Shown here: one piece after another, positions 11,915-24,485 of the stretch | Numbering within the stretch: the first letter of the stretch is position 1 | Layout: each line of letters opens with the position of its first letter | Assembly: GCF_006345805.1 (NCBI RefSeq) | Contig: NC_043008.1 | Coordinates: 25,110,001 to 25,174,000 of the forward strand | Length of the DNA: 64,000 nt | Origin: Octopus sinensis | Lineage: Eukaryota | Direction of reading: 5' to 3' | Notes under the pieces: model-generated | What the model was told of the DNA's origin: nothing | What the model saw: the letters and a program-made list of their open reading frames with translations, nothing else | Database searches by the model: none | Position numbers and translations under genes: made by a program

Positions 11915-12127
11915 CAGAGATGAGCCATTAATAGTGGTCATCGTTTTTGCTAGAGGAAGATCCGCTATGGTCTTATATGCTACGCCACTGGTTTTCAATT
12001 CATATTAATCAAATTAATATTCAATTTTTCAACCTTATTAAGTGTGTGTGTTAGCAATTCGTATAAAATTGCATCAATGACTTGAACTTGAATAAGTGGT
12101 TTCACATAAATGGGGATAAATTAAAAA

Positions 12128-12340
12128 GGTTTGTTATTATTATTACTGTTTGACTATTGTAATCACGTTTGTTGGTTCCTCGCCAGGGAAACGTTGTTGT
12201 GTTGCATTTGTTAAATAATTGTAAACGGTAACCCTCCCCCTTTCGGAGGTTATTATTTAAAAATTGAATTGTGTCCCTGTTTGGGGACATTGACAATATT
12301 TTCACCATCTTTACGGAAGCATTTTTGTTAAAATGCCTTT
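12128..12340 (+). mobile_element. Isolated 5' UTR fragment of the L1/Tx1-like family seen at 57 kb
   Basis: Aligns by eye to the reverse complement of about 57455-57675 (for example GTTGTGTTGCATTTGTTAAATAATTGTAAAC, GTAACCCTCCCCC, TTGACAATATTTTCACC, TACGGAAGCATTTTTGTTA). Homology ends at the ORF1-equivalent ATG (12333). Confidence 0.8.
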
Positions 12341-14287
12341 GGGAAGATTTTTTTCCTGGACGCTCCTAGGGGCACTGGGAAAACTTTTGTCAACAAATTA
12401 ATATTGGCTGAGATTAGGCGAACACAAAGCATTGCCCTAGCTGTGGCATCATCTAGAATTGCGGCTACTTTGTTGCCAGGCGGCAGGACAGCTCACTCCA
12501 CTTTCAAGCTTCCGCTTGACTTAGCGAAGACTGAGACACCAACTTGCAACAGCAGTAACAGCTCCGATCAGGCAGAAGTCTTCAGACGATGCAAGCTTAT
12601 CGTTTGGGATGAATGCACGATGGCCCACAGACGTGCTCTTGAGGCACTAGATAGATCTCTCAGAGACATCAAACACTCTTCAGCTCCCATGGGAGGCATA
12701 ACACTTCTTCTTTCAGGGGACTTCCGACAAACACTTCCCGTTATTCCCAAAGGGACTAGAGCTGATGCAGTAAGTGCGTGTCTTAAGTCATCCACATTGT
12801 GGCCACTGGTGAAGACTCTCAAACTTCACACCAATATGCTTGCTCATATGCGACGTGATATCACATCAGCAGCATTTTCTCACACCCTCCTTGCACTTGG
12901 CGAAGGCAAAATACCAGGGGATGAAAATGGTAATATTGCCATCGATTCCATTTGTACCATTGTTAAAACGCCTTCTGATCTCAGAGATGCAGTGTTCCCG
13001 AGCACCCCGGACTACCATCACACATTCTCAAACTTAAAGTTGGTGCCCCTATAATGCTCATTAGAAATTTGGTTCCCCCAAAACAATGCAATGGCACACG
13101 TTTGATCGTTAAGTCCTTATCTCCCAATCTGATTGAGGCCACCATTATCACAGGGTGCGGTCGAGGCAACGTTGTGCTCATACCTAGGATGCATCTTTTC
13201 CCATCAGGAGCAGTCCTACCTTTCATATTTCGGAGGTCCCAGTTCCCAGTAAGGCCATGTTTCGCAATGTCAATTAACAAAGCGCAGGGTCAAACACTGT
13301 CTGTGGCGGGAATACATTTGGGAGAGCCATGTTCCTCTCATGGTCAGCTTTATGCTGGCTGCTCGCGTGTCGGCAGCAACAGTGATGCTTTCGCATTCGT
13401 TCCACAACGAAAAACAAAAAACATTGTGAACAAGGAGGTTTTATAGGATTACTACGTTTCATCATTTTTGAACACGTTAGTATTTCACTTACATACGACT
13501 CTCTTTTATGATGGCATTTACATTTTTAGGCGTTTCATGACATTAATTCACACTTAACCAACACCTGTCCTTCGCTCAACTCTATTTCTATCCATTCATC
13601 ATCAAGCCACCAGCCCCATCTTCTATATCCAACGTACATGACACATCTACCACCTACATCTACACTCTCACTGTTAAAGTTTACATAAGCGACAACACGA
13701 TCGCAACATACACTTTGGAAACTAAGCAACAGATCATTTTATACAACAACAAATTTAATCAAAACGCCCATCAATGAAAACATCTCCACCACTGTGTTGT
13801 GATTCATCTAATCAGCACCACTACAGTCTTGCCGGTCTGACATATGGTGAGTAGATGCTATTGTTCTATATTTTATAATTTACCCATATCTACTTACCCA
13901 TGCTTCATTCCCCTCTTGCCTACATATGAAACCCACTCTCTTTTAACACAGCATGAAGTTTTGTAACAGCACATCCGCTGCCGTTCGTGGAAAACGAAGA
14001 GACCCTATTCACCTGCGAACGTTTTACATCGACTTCCACGGCTATCAAATTCTTACAATTATGAGAACAATAACATGACTCTTTTCAAGGCAACCTCGCA
14101 TACAATTCTTACACCATTCTACGAGGGGGTAGGAACCCCTTTACACGGCTTTCTATACACTTACATATACATTCATTCGCCGTAAACTTATATCAATATT
14201 TGCCTGAATAATCATCATAATTCAGTGCAATCATTAACAGTACTTTCAAGCAATTCAGCCCCGAGCAACGCCGGGCAATTCTGCTAG
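12341..14287 (+). mobile_element. Helitron 3' half: PIF1-like helicase pseudogene and canonical 3' terminus
   Basis: KIFFLDAPRGTGKT (motif I, 12344), GGRTAHSTFKLP, LIVWDE, GDFRQTLPV, CNGTRL, FAMSINKAQGQTL and HGQLY (ORFs 12404-13054 and 13054-13446). GC hairpin CCCG-AGCAACGC-CGGG (14260-14275), then CTAG (14284-14287) followed by T. No Rep domain seen. Confidence 0.92.
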
Positions 14288-14496
14288 TATATAGTAAAAG
14301 GAGGTAAATGGGTAAACGTAATTGCCATTTTAAAAGCATATATAATATACAAGTGTTTCAGTAAGCTAACTGGACATACCTCCTCAGTATTTTTTGTTGC
14401 CATGACACAGAGGATGCAAGCAAATTAGTTTATGGAAAAGTGCGGATATCATATAAGGCTTTAAAATAATTAATTATGTTTTCTACTTATAACTAT

Positions 14497-15179
14497 ACTA
14501 GCTGTATAGCCCGGGATTACGTTTGGATTATTAAGCTAATCAAGCTCTTTATTTCAAACCGAACTAAGTAACATCGACGTTAAATTTTTGGCTGAAAAAG
14601 TGTTGCAGACAATTTGGTTGGGAAATCCCACAGGGAATCGGTTTATCCATTTTTTCCACTCATCAATTATTTTTTTTTTTTTTCCTTTTTGTGGAACTTA
14701 ACGCATTCAAAGATCCCATGAATCCTAAGTAATACTGGCATCAAGTTTGAACAAAATACATCAAAATTAGTAAACATTATGATTGAAAATGGGGTGTAGC
14801 CAATTTTAGTGGGAAATCCTATAAGGAATCAGTTTATTGATTTTTCACCCCAAATAAGACTTAACCGAACACGACATTGCTGATTCAAAAATATCTATAT
14901 TTATACTTTAAAGTTGGTATTCACACCCAAACCAGTTCTGCAGAATCAGTGTCACGGCGGGAGCGCATGGGTTGCGGGTTTGATCGGCAGAGGTGATAAG
15001 GTTGCACATGCCACCCCGTTTGAAAACGCCATCCCCATCATCTCACCACCCTTTTGCCTATGTGTTGGGAATCTTTCCTCCAAGGAAAATAGAACGCCCA
15101 AAAGGGCTCCCAATACTCTGTGATAGAAGCGGTTTTGTTCAGATCACAACTAAGTCTTAAGTATACATACATACATACA

Positions 15180-15210
<31 letters not shown>

Positions 15211-15585
15211 GTATATGTATATATATGTATATATGTGTATATACATATATAATTATAATTAAGGTAGGGTATCTAAGAGTTACCACCATGCTAGAAATAG
15301 CAACCGAAACTTGACTCTAAAACCACATTAAATGTTCATACAGCTCCAGGAAAGAAGACAAAGAGACAAAATAAACTAGCAAAAAATTATCTCTTTGTCT
15401 TCTCTTGTGGTGCTGTATGAACATTTGATGTGGTTTTAGAGTCAAGTTTCGGCTGCTATTTCTATCTCTTAGATACCTTTAATTATAATTTTAATAATAA
15501 TTATTACCTCTGAGGTTTTTATTCCCATGCTGGCCACCTGATAAGATCGGTATTTTGAATAAAGATTTTGTCCTTATTTATATAA

Positions 15586-15631
<46 letters not shown>

Positions 15632-16004
15632 GCAACACACACATACACACATTCGTAAACCTATTGCATACATGTTATTTGTACGCATACATGTTCATGT
15701 GTGTGTGTGTGTGTATGTTACCCGTATATCGTCAAAACACTTTTTTCCTCGATGAAAGAAAAACGAATCTCTTCACAAAACCTTACGCCTTGCTGGAAGG
15801 GGACTTAACTCATGTTTGTAAATAATGGTGATTTCTCCGCCGTGAAAATTATTAAGTTATGGGTTGAAAATCTATTTTTACTGCTATTCACTGGTGCCTT
15901 GGGGAAAATAATTTGACGAAAATACAGCTAGAGTCGTGATGAATGTCCTGCTAAAATTAGAGCGACATACATGCTAACTTTTGGACGTGCATAAATTACA
16001 TTCA

Positions 16005-16039
<35 letters not shown>

Positions 16040-16062
16040 CCTGCCTTTTCTATATATACAGA
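14497..16062 (+). mobile_element. Non-autonomous Helitron/Helentron-like (HINE/DINE-type) repeat with nested insertions
   Basis: Starts ACTAGCTGTATAGCCCGGG. Shares blocks with 45181-46062 (ATTATTAAGCTAATCAAG.TCTTTATTTCAAACC; AAATT.GAGCGACAT..GTGCATAAATTACA) and ends in a CA tract plus CCTTT..TATA.AT. The class assignment is inference. Confidence 0.5.
15251..15490. repeat. Inverted repeat (foldback), about 100-115-bp arms, about 24-bp spacer
   Basis: AGAAATAGCAACCGAAACTTGACTCTAAAACCACATTAAATGTTCATACAGC pairs with GCTGTATGAACATTTGATGTGGTTTTAGAGTCAAGTTTCGGCTGCTATTTCT. The outer ends are GTATCTAAGAG/CTCTTAGATAC and AATTATAATT. Confidence 0.9.
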
Positions 16063-17229
16063 TATTGCGGCTCAAACTCCACACGCTAACCTGTAGCGTG
16101 ATATACTGGTTGGTTTCACTCTACAAGGAATGTAGAAGTGAGGCTGATAGTGATTATCAAGTCCAAATATTTTGTTAACGTGTCATATATTCACATATGT
16201 ATATATACATGTAACTATCTACATACATACACACACACATACATACGTACTCACAGAGGCATATATATATACATATATATATATTTATATCATCAATAAT
16301 ATTAATATGCCAATTTGTTCTTTTTGTACGTACCTGTCATGTGTGTCACACTTACTTCAAAGAAGTGAGTGACAAAGCGAGAGAGAGGAGGACAGAGAGA
16401 GAGAGAGTGAGAGAGAAAGAGAGAGTGAAAGAGACAGTAAGTGGTGACGGCGTTCCTTTTGTGTTATTAATGTTTTCAGAGAGAGAAAGAGAGAAAGAGA
16501 GTGAGTGAAAGACACAGTGAGTGGTGATGACATTCGTTTTGTGTTTTTAAATGTTTATAACATCGCAAGAAAAGTAGATACATAGATACATACACACATT
16601 GTTAAATTAAAAGCAGGAGAAAGTAGGGACACAGGGGAAGTGAAAAAGAAAGAGAGAAAGTGAGAGACAATAGATACATAAATCCAAAGAAAAGTTGATA
16701 CATAGATACATAGACACAGTAAACATTATATGTCACTTTCACTTTTCATTACCATACTAGAATAAAATTAACTCGCAAGTGGTTTAGTCCTCCACATACA
16801 TGTATATCATTAACAGTGCGCCATAGGGAAGCGTACTTATGACTTTACGATCGTGGGTCGAATATCTCTAACCACTGAGCTACGCACTTTCACTCCCTTA
16901 ACCGTAGAGAAACGGAATTAAGTGATAGATACAGAGAAACGAAATGATTAGACTGAAGTACGCTCGATCTTAACTTTTTGCAATGAAGAAGAAGGCAAGA
17001 CATTTAATAATGAATAGAGGAAAAAAATTTCAGGTGTTTTACGTTTTTATTCTGGGAGTTCTAGAATTATCCACTGTTAGTTGTCTCTTTTTCTCTCCAC
17101 CCCCGTTACTTATTTGCCTTCTTTCAGAATGGGATGGGATAAACTACCTGCAGCGACTTGCTATGAAAGCAGGTAGTAATTTTACCGTGTCCTTATTCTT
17201 AGTGCAAGTTTTGCAGAGTGCTGTTCGAT

Positions 17230-18149
17230 TTTAACAGTTATTTTTTCAAAGCTATAATAGAAGTGACAAGGAAGTATATTTTGCTTTATGAAACCAATAA
17301 AGGCAACAACACATTGGAAAATGCGAGAAATATTAATGCTGTATGTGAGGAAGGGACAATAAGTGTAAGCCAGTGTCAACTGTGGTTCTAGAAATTCCAA
17401 GCTTGAAACTACAACATAGAAGGCAAGCCTCATCCTGGAAGATCTGTAGCGCACGACAAGGACGTACTGCAAACCCTTGTGGAACAAAATCCCATCGTAA
17501 CTGTTAAGGAACTAGCATAGAAGCTTGAATTTGTTCATTCAGCCATTCATCAACACCTGCGTGCCATTGGAAAAGTTAGCAAATCGGGTCAATGGGTTCC
17601 TTGCAAATTTTTCGAGTCTAATCGTGCACGGAGAGTGAATGTGTGCTCTTCTTTGTTGTCATGTTTCATGAATGAACCTTTTTGCATTGAATAGTGACTG
17701 GTGACGAAAAATTGGTTCTCTATAAAAGTATGAAGTGTCAAAGATAGTGGCTAAGGATTGGAGAAACACCAGGCCCCAGGCTAAAGAAGGTCTTCACCCA
17801 CATAAGGTGTTGTTATCTGTTTGTGTTCAAGACGAAAAGTGTTCGTCCATCAGGATAATGCTCGACTACATACAGCAAGGATGACATTCCAAAGGCTGGA
17901 GCAGTTTGACTGGGAAATGATGCCCAACCCACCCTATTCACTGGATATTGCCCCATCTGATTATCATTTATTCCATAGTCTTCAAATTCATTTGGATGGA
18001 AAGAATATGAATTCTGTAAGCGAGGTCAGAACAGTACAGGAGGAGTACTTTTCGTCATAGAGAAGTGAATTTTGGAAGAAGAGCCTTGCACGTCTAGCAG
18101 ATAGATAGAAGATCATTATAGACGATGAAGGAGAGTATATTTCAGATTT
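17230..18149 (+). mobile_element. Degraded mariner transposase with internal deletion, ending at the assembly gap
   Basis: YILLYETNKGNN..ARNINAV (HTH), GQWVP, IVTGDEK (first catalytic D), HQDNARLH and PPYSLDIAPSDYHLF (ORF 17821-18060). HPHKVLLSV is joined directly to RRKVFVHQDNA, so part of the catalytic domain is missing. Confidence 0.9.
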
Positions 18150-18249
18150 NNNNNNNNNNNNNNNNNNNNNNNNNNNNNNNNNNNNNNNNNNNNNNNNNNN
18201 NNNNNNNNNNNNNNNNNNNNNNNNNNNNNNNNNNNNNNNNNNNNNNNNN
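18150..18249. other. Assembly gap (100 N)
   Basis: Exactly 100 N; the true size is unknown. Confidence 1.
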
Positions 18250-20855
18250 TGTATTCTTCATGGGAGACTTTAACCTCCCCAATGTGGAATGGCCTGGGGG
18301 CAGATGCTCCCAGGGATGACACACCATCAGCAGGCACAGGTGGAGTCCCTGCTCCATCTCACAAATACCTCTTTCATGGAGCAAATAGTTCTGCAACCAA
18401 CAAGGGCAGATAATATACTGGATCTCTGCTTTACAAACAATATGGATATTATCCATAATGTTAATGTGATGCCGACAATGATCTCGGATCACAACATAAT
18501 AGAGCTGTCTATGTATGGAACAAAAGCCCCCGCAGACACACAGCCTATACGAAGCACCCACCATCTCTCCAACTTAAACTTTCATAAAGCCAACTGGAAG
18601 TCGATTGAGAAAGAGATCCTCAAACAGGATTGGCCTGAATGTCTCTCCACACCGGACATAAACATGAAACACAAACACTTCATGTCCATAATACAAGCCA
18701 TATGTGACAAATATGTCCCAATGTGCAGGGCCAGCACACACAAGAATAAAAACAGGATCCCTAGAGAAAGGAGGATTCTTATGAGACGACGACAAGGATT
18801 GCAAACCGCCTGAGCAAGCACACCAAAAGTGGTGAGAAGTCTCGGCTCGAAAGAATGCTAATGGAAACTGAGAAAAGTCTACATCAGTCCCATGAAAAGG
18901 AGAGAGCAGATAAAGAAGCTTGGGTAATAGAAAATATAAAATCAAACACTAAAGCTTTCTTTAAGTTTGCCAAAGAGACAGCCACAGTGCACCAGAGAAT
19001 AGGACCTCTCTTCCAAAAGATGGCTCTCTCACAGGAGATCCCACGAGGATAAGTGAAATACTGAACGAACAGTTCCAAAGTGTGTTCACTACACCTCTAG
19101 GACACGGGCAAGTAAACGGCCCAGAAGAATTCTTTGCCACTTTACCAGCGGCCAAAGAGACAAAAATTGAGTACATCAACATCGAAGAAGATGATATCAC
19201 ACTAGCCATTGATGAGATTGACACAAACTCAGCTGCTGGACCTGATGGATTCCCAGCGATCCTTCTCAAATCGTGCAAACGAGCCCTTGCAAAACCGCTA
19301 CAGCTTCTTTTTCAGAGCTTTCTTGCAAGTGGTAAGCTCCCAGTCAAACTGAAAGAGGGGGTAATATGCCCTATCCATAAGGGAGGTAGCAGAGCAGATG
19401 CTAAAAATTATAGGCCTATCTCTCTGACCTCACACATCAGCAAAGTCATGGAACGAATAGTCCGTAAGAAACTAATCATGTTCCTTAAAAAAATGACTTA
19501 CTGTCTGACACCCAGCATGGATTTCGACCAGGTAGAGGCTGCCTAACACAGCTCCTGCAACACTATGACTGGGTGTTGAAACAGCTACTAAATGGCTCAA
19601 ATGTGGATGTAATATATCTTGACTTTGCAAAAGCCTTTGATAAAGTCGACCATGGTATGATCTGTCACAAACTGCGTGGTCTCGGCATAGGCGGGAAACT
19701 TGGAGAGTGGCTGCACAACTTCCTAAAAGACAGAAAACAGGCAGTTGTGAGCAATGGAGCCACCTCCAGGGAAACGCAAATAACAAGCGGTGTCCCACAG
19801 GGCACTGTCTTGGGGCCACTGATGTTCATAGTGGCCCTTTCAGACATGCCTTCAGTTGCTACGATGACCACCCTTGCTAGCTATGCAGATGACACAAAGG
19901 TCTCCCACGCAATACAGAACCCTGAAAATATTGCGCATCTGCAACAGGAGCTGGACACAATATACAGGTGGGCTGAGGACAACAACATGCAGTTTAATGC
20001 AGGTAAGTTCCAGGCCCTGCGCTACTGGCACACAAAGGTAATGACGTGAAGACTGGATACACTGGCCCAGGAAGAATTGCAATCCCTGAGTCAAAATCAG
20101 TGCGTGACCTGGGCATTGACATGAGCAATGATGCATCTTTCCAAATGCATATTGCTAATCTGGTGATAAAATGCAGACGGCTAGCTGGATGGATTCTCCG
20201 AACTTTCAGAACAAGAGAGAAGGAGACCTGATGGTCCTATGGAAAACATTTGTCCTCAGCCGCTTGGACTACTGCTCCCAACTTTGGTCACCACACAATA
20301 TAAAACAAACAGCAGAACTCGAAGCAACTCAGAGAAGCTACACAAAGAAAATCGTCTCAATGCAAAATGTCAGCTACTGGGAAAGACTGAAGGTATTAAA
20401 CCTCTTCTCCCTGGAGCGGAGGCGGGAGAGATATGCAGTAATATACATCTGGAAAATCCTGGAGGGTCTTATCCCAAACTTTGGCATTCAAAGTTACTCC
20501 AACCGCAGAACGGGGCGCCGCTGCGTGGTGCCAAGGATTCCAACATCACCATCAAAATACAGGTCCAGATACTGCAACAGCTTGGGTTTCAGAGGACCAC
20601 AGCTTTTCAACATCCTCCCTAAATGCCTGAGAGACTTACATGGTGTGGATGTGGGTTTCTTTAAAACTAAACTGGATCTCTTCTTGTTGGGAGTCCCAGA
20701 TGAACCTACCTCACGACAGGAGACACGGATGCGGGCAGCAGCATCGAACTCCCTTGTTGATCAAGTGCCACGTATCAGAGGTGGATTCACAAACTAGTGT
20801 GGCTCATTCAGCGGTGGTGCCCCAGCATGGCCGCGGCCTTCGGGCTAAAACATTT
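18250..20855 (+). mobile_element. CR1-type LINE ORF2 pseudogene with 3' tail
   Basis: MGDFNLP, PTRADNILDLCFTN..SDHN (endonuclease); AAGPDG, NYRPISLTS, YLDFAKAFDKVDH, SGVPQGTVLGP and YADDTK (RT); C-terminal AAASNSL. Ends in a short tandem tail (TTTAAGGA)2. The 5' end is lost in the gap. Confidence 0.92.
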
Positions 20856-20872
20856 TTAAGGATTTAAGGATT

Positions 20873-20922
<50 letters not shown>

Positions 20923-20969
20923 CATATATATATATACATATATATATATATATGTACATATATACGCAT

Positions 20970-21002
<33 letters not shown>

Positions 21003-21627
21003 ACGCATTATATATACAAATGTATACAAATTATATATATATATATATATACATATTTATATATAGAACACACACACACACACACACATATATAAATTAA
21101 CCCAATAAATATCTGATTCATAATATTTGTTCTCATGATTGTGTTGTGGTGGTGTCGATGATAACTCTCTCTATGAATGCAGACAGACGTAGAGAGAGAG
21201 TGACAGCGCTGGCGAAGACGGCAGGGGAAAGATAATAGCCGCTGTCAAGCGACCTTGTAGAGAGAAAGTGATGGGAAGGGAGGAGACAGAGAGAGACGGA
21301 GGAAGATAGGCAGATAAGAGAATGGGAGCAGACTTGTCAAAGTGTGCGATTTTTTCCCTAGTCACCACACCTTGTAAGATAGGGATTTCTAAGCTAGATA
21401 CTCACATCCTCACCTCATTGTACATGTCCCTGTAAATTTTGGAGTCAATCCGACGGGATCTAGTGCCCTTTAACCTGTTTCAATTCCAAAACCAGACAAA
21501 CAAACTTGTCGCATTTCAGATTTATAGATATTGATATTTATGCACACACATACACACACAAATATATATGTATACAAATTTAAATATAGTTACACACAAC
21601 TGTATATGTATAGAAGCATAGATTATA

Positions 21628-22250
21628 AATACATATATACTGGTCTTCGAACATTGAGCCTCACAGACCTCTGGCAATATGCTGTGCTTGAGAAAGCCCA
21701 TCAAGCTAAATGAAATCGTATTTGTGGCCAATGCCAGTCTCATGCTGGTGGCACATAAAAAGCACCTTTTGAGCATTGTGACTCACGGAGACGATGTGGT
21801 GTGGCTGATGGTGGTGTTTCATACTTGGTAGCTATGCTGGTGGCATATAAAAAGCACCTGTTGAGCGCCGGACCTCATTGCGGCAATGTGGCTGGTGCCA
21901 GCGGCATGTAAAAAGCACCTTTCAAGCACTGGACCTCACAGAAGCAATGACAAATGACCAAGATCTTAGGCAATATGCCTTGCTTGAGAAGAGGACCCAT
22001 CACATCAAGTGAAATTATAGTCGTGGTGGATACTGGTGTCATGCAACTGGCACCCGTTCTGGTGGCATGTAAAAGCACTCATTACACTCTCAGAGTGGTG
22101 GGCATTAGGAAGAGCATCCAGCCATAGAAACCATGCCAAATCAAACTGGAGTCTGGTGCAGCCCTTCAGCTTACCAGCCCTGGTCAAACTGTCCAACCCA
22201 TGCCAGCATGGGCAACAGACGTTAAAAGATGATGATGAGGATGATGTGTG
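21628..22250 (+). mobile_element. RTE 3' UTR/tail fragment (second RTE family)
   Basis: GCAATATGCTGTGCTTGAGAA, AAAAAGCACC repeat units and terminal CCAACCCATGCCAGCATGG..GACGTTAAA.GATGATGAT, as in 52960-54180. Confidence 0.8.
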
Positions 22251-24485
22251 TGTATGTAAGAAGTAAAAGCAATTAATAAATCCATGCAGATATCTATAAA
22301 GCACTCAGTGATAAATAAATTTGGTTAACTTTATCAAACAATCAGATACCAATAAATTCAAGGAAAATTAACGTTCAAACTAATTTTTCATGTATGACAA
22401 GTAGATCCAAAGATTGCTAAGAAAAATTTCAAAAAATCTAGATTAACTAACAACATGAACAAGAATGGAGACATTACACCATACATTACGAAAATTAATT
22501 TCTATTGTACTAGCATATTTAGATACAGAAAAAGGTATAAAATACCACTCTAATAAATATATCCAAAAATATATGAAAGTGTACTAAGAAAATATCTCTA
22601 ATAGACAAACTCATACAAAGAAAATGTTAAGAAGAAACTCAATATTCTAAGAAAAGCCAATTTAGTATTTAACTTTAGACAATTTCAGTAGATAATGAAA
22701 GAATAAAAATTAACACAAATTCTACATCATAACAATTAGAAATATAGAAATTCTACATCACGACCATTAGTTATCTGTCAATTAAATTTGTTTTAAAATG
22801 GTTTTAAAGAAAACTTATACATATTAGATTATGGAAAAAGCACTTCATGGATTATTTACTGTAGAAATATTTAAAGCTTTTCTATATTTATGAGAACATT
22901 TTAATGTAAAATTATTTCTACAATTCAATAATACTAATTTAGAAGTAATTATGTAATACATTTCCTCAAAGCAAAGATCACATTTAAGATTAACCAGTAT
23001 GGACCACTTTATATCATAGTTAATTTTCCTATCTTTTAAAATCCCAAATGCATTTACTACATATACCTTTTTCTGTATCTAAATATGCTGACACAAAAGA
23101 AGCAATCAAAAATACGATTTTCTCCATTCTTGTTATTATTATTATTTCATATATATACATATATATATATAAATACACACACACAAATTTATATACAATA
23201 TAAATATACATATATGCTTACATATTTCTGAATTATACACATGTGGTCTGCATGTAAGCAGAGTAAAATTTGAATCTTGGGTCATGCAATAGAAACAGCT
23301 CTATAGTAAGACCTTTATCAATATAACATACGTAAACCACTTGTGTAGTTGAAAAGCCTAAAGACATGCAATTTGTTTCGACTAAGACTACATTGTCGTG
23401 ATTTTTTATTAAAAAAATAATCACTTCACAGATGTTTTTTGTATATATATATAAATCCAAAATGAGGGAAAGGGCAGGTAAAATGCATGCAACATATGTT
23501 AGTAGCTTGTAATGTAATTGCTATGCAATGGGCTATGCTCAATGTAGCTAATCAGGCTGAGACTGCCTTAATGAAGTGAATATTACATTGTTGCTTGGAA
23601 TTTCTGTCAGTCACATCTTAGTGCTGAGTTCAACTGAATAGAAAATCCATTGGTAAAAAATAAAGAAAAAACAAAAATCAAGAAGTAGGTTAGGAGAACC
23701 ATTGAGCACTATGCAAGAGTGGGTGTGACTTAGAGTTGAGGAGTAGGAAGAAAAGGATAAAAAGAAGGAAAGAGGTAAGAAAAAAGAGGATTGTTATCAA
23801 GGGGAAAGTATTGTAGTCATAAAATTCCATTCAAGAGATGACAGAGTTTACATCAGTGTACTGGTGTCTTGTATGCTACTATAAATCACACCATTTCAGT
23901 CTTACCCTTTGCTTTATTGCTCATTGTTTCTCTTAATCTACTTCTTGTTTCTTTTTTATTTTTTCCTGCTGGCTTTTCTATTCAGTTAAACTCACCACTA
24001 TGGTGTGGCTGACTTTAAAATTCTGGGCATCAATGTCACCTTCATTTCATTAACATAATCTCAGCCTGATGATTAGCTACATTAAGCATAGCGCATTGTA
24101 TAACAATAACATCATGATCTTCAGCCAGCTAATAGCAAAGAGAGCTATGCTGCAGGCATTTTAACTGTTCCACTCCCTCAATTTGGATTTTTATTCGCAT
24201 TTTTAGCAGTTCTTGTTGCTAACTGTAAGCTATATTGAAACTATCAGATTATTGAATTTCCTTGCAACTTCGACATGAGAAAAAGTGTGAAATTCTTGAC
24301 GACAAAAAATTGTTATTTTTTATCATATACAGTTCACTTTTTGTTCTCTACACCTGCCACTCACTACTTCCCACTCTTATATCCTTGGATTGCATTTACA
24401 CACACACACACACAAACACATTTATGTATATACATATTTTTATGAGTGTACATATATATATATATATATATACATGTATATATGT

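Noticed and set aside
10949-11990. CAGTGGCG...CGCCACTG as hAT-type MITE termini
   Set aside because: Only an 8-9-bp match and no target-site duplication.
11725-16372. HT-, YI- and CV-repeat ORFs in the track
   Set aside because: These are translations of CA/TA/TACA microsatellites.
22430-22700. Possible very old Penelope RT thumb remnant (KYHSN..IYESVLRKYL..KKLNILRKA)
   Set aside because: Too degraded to support by eye; it needs a profile search.
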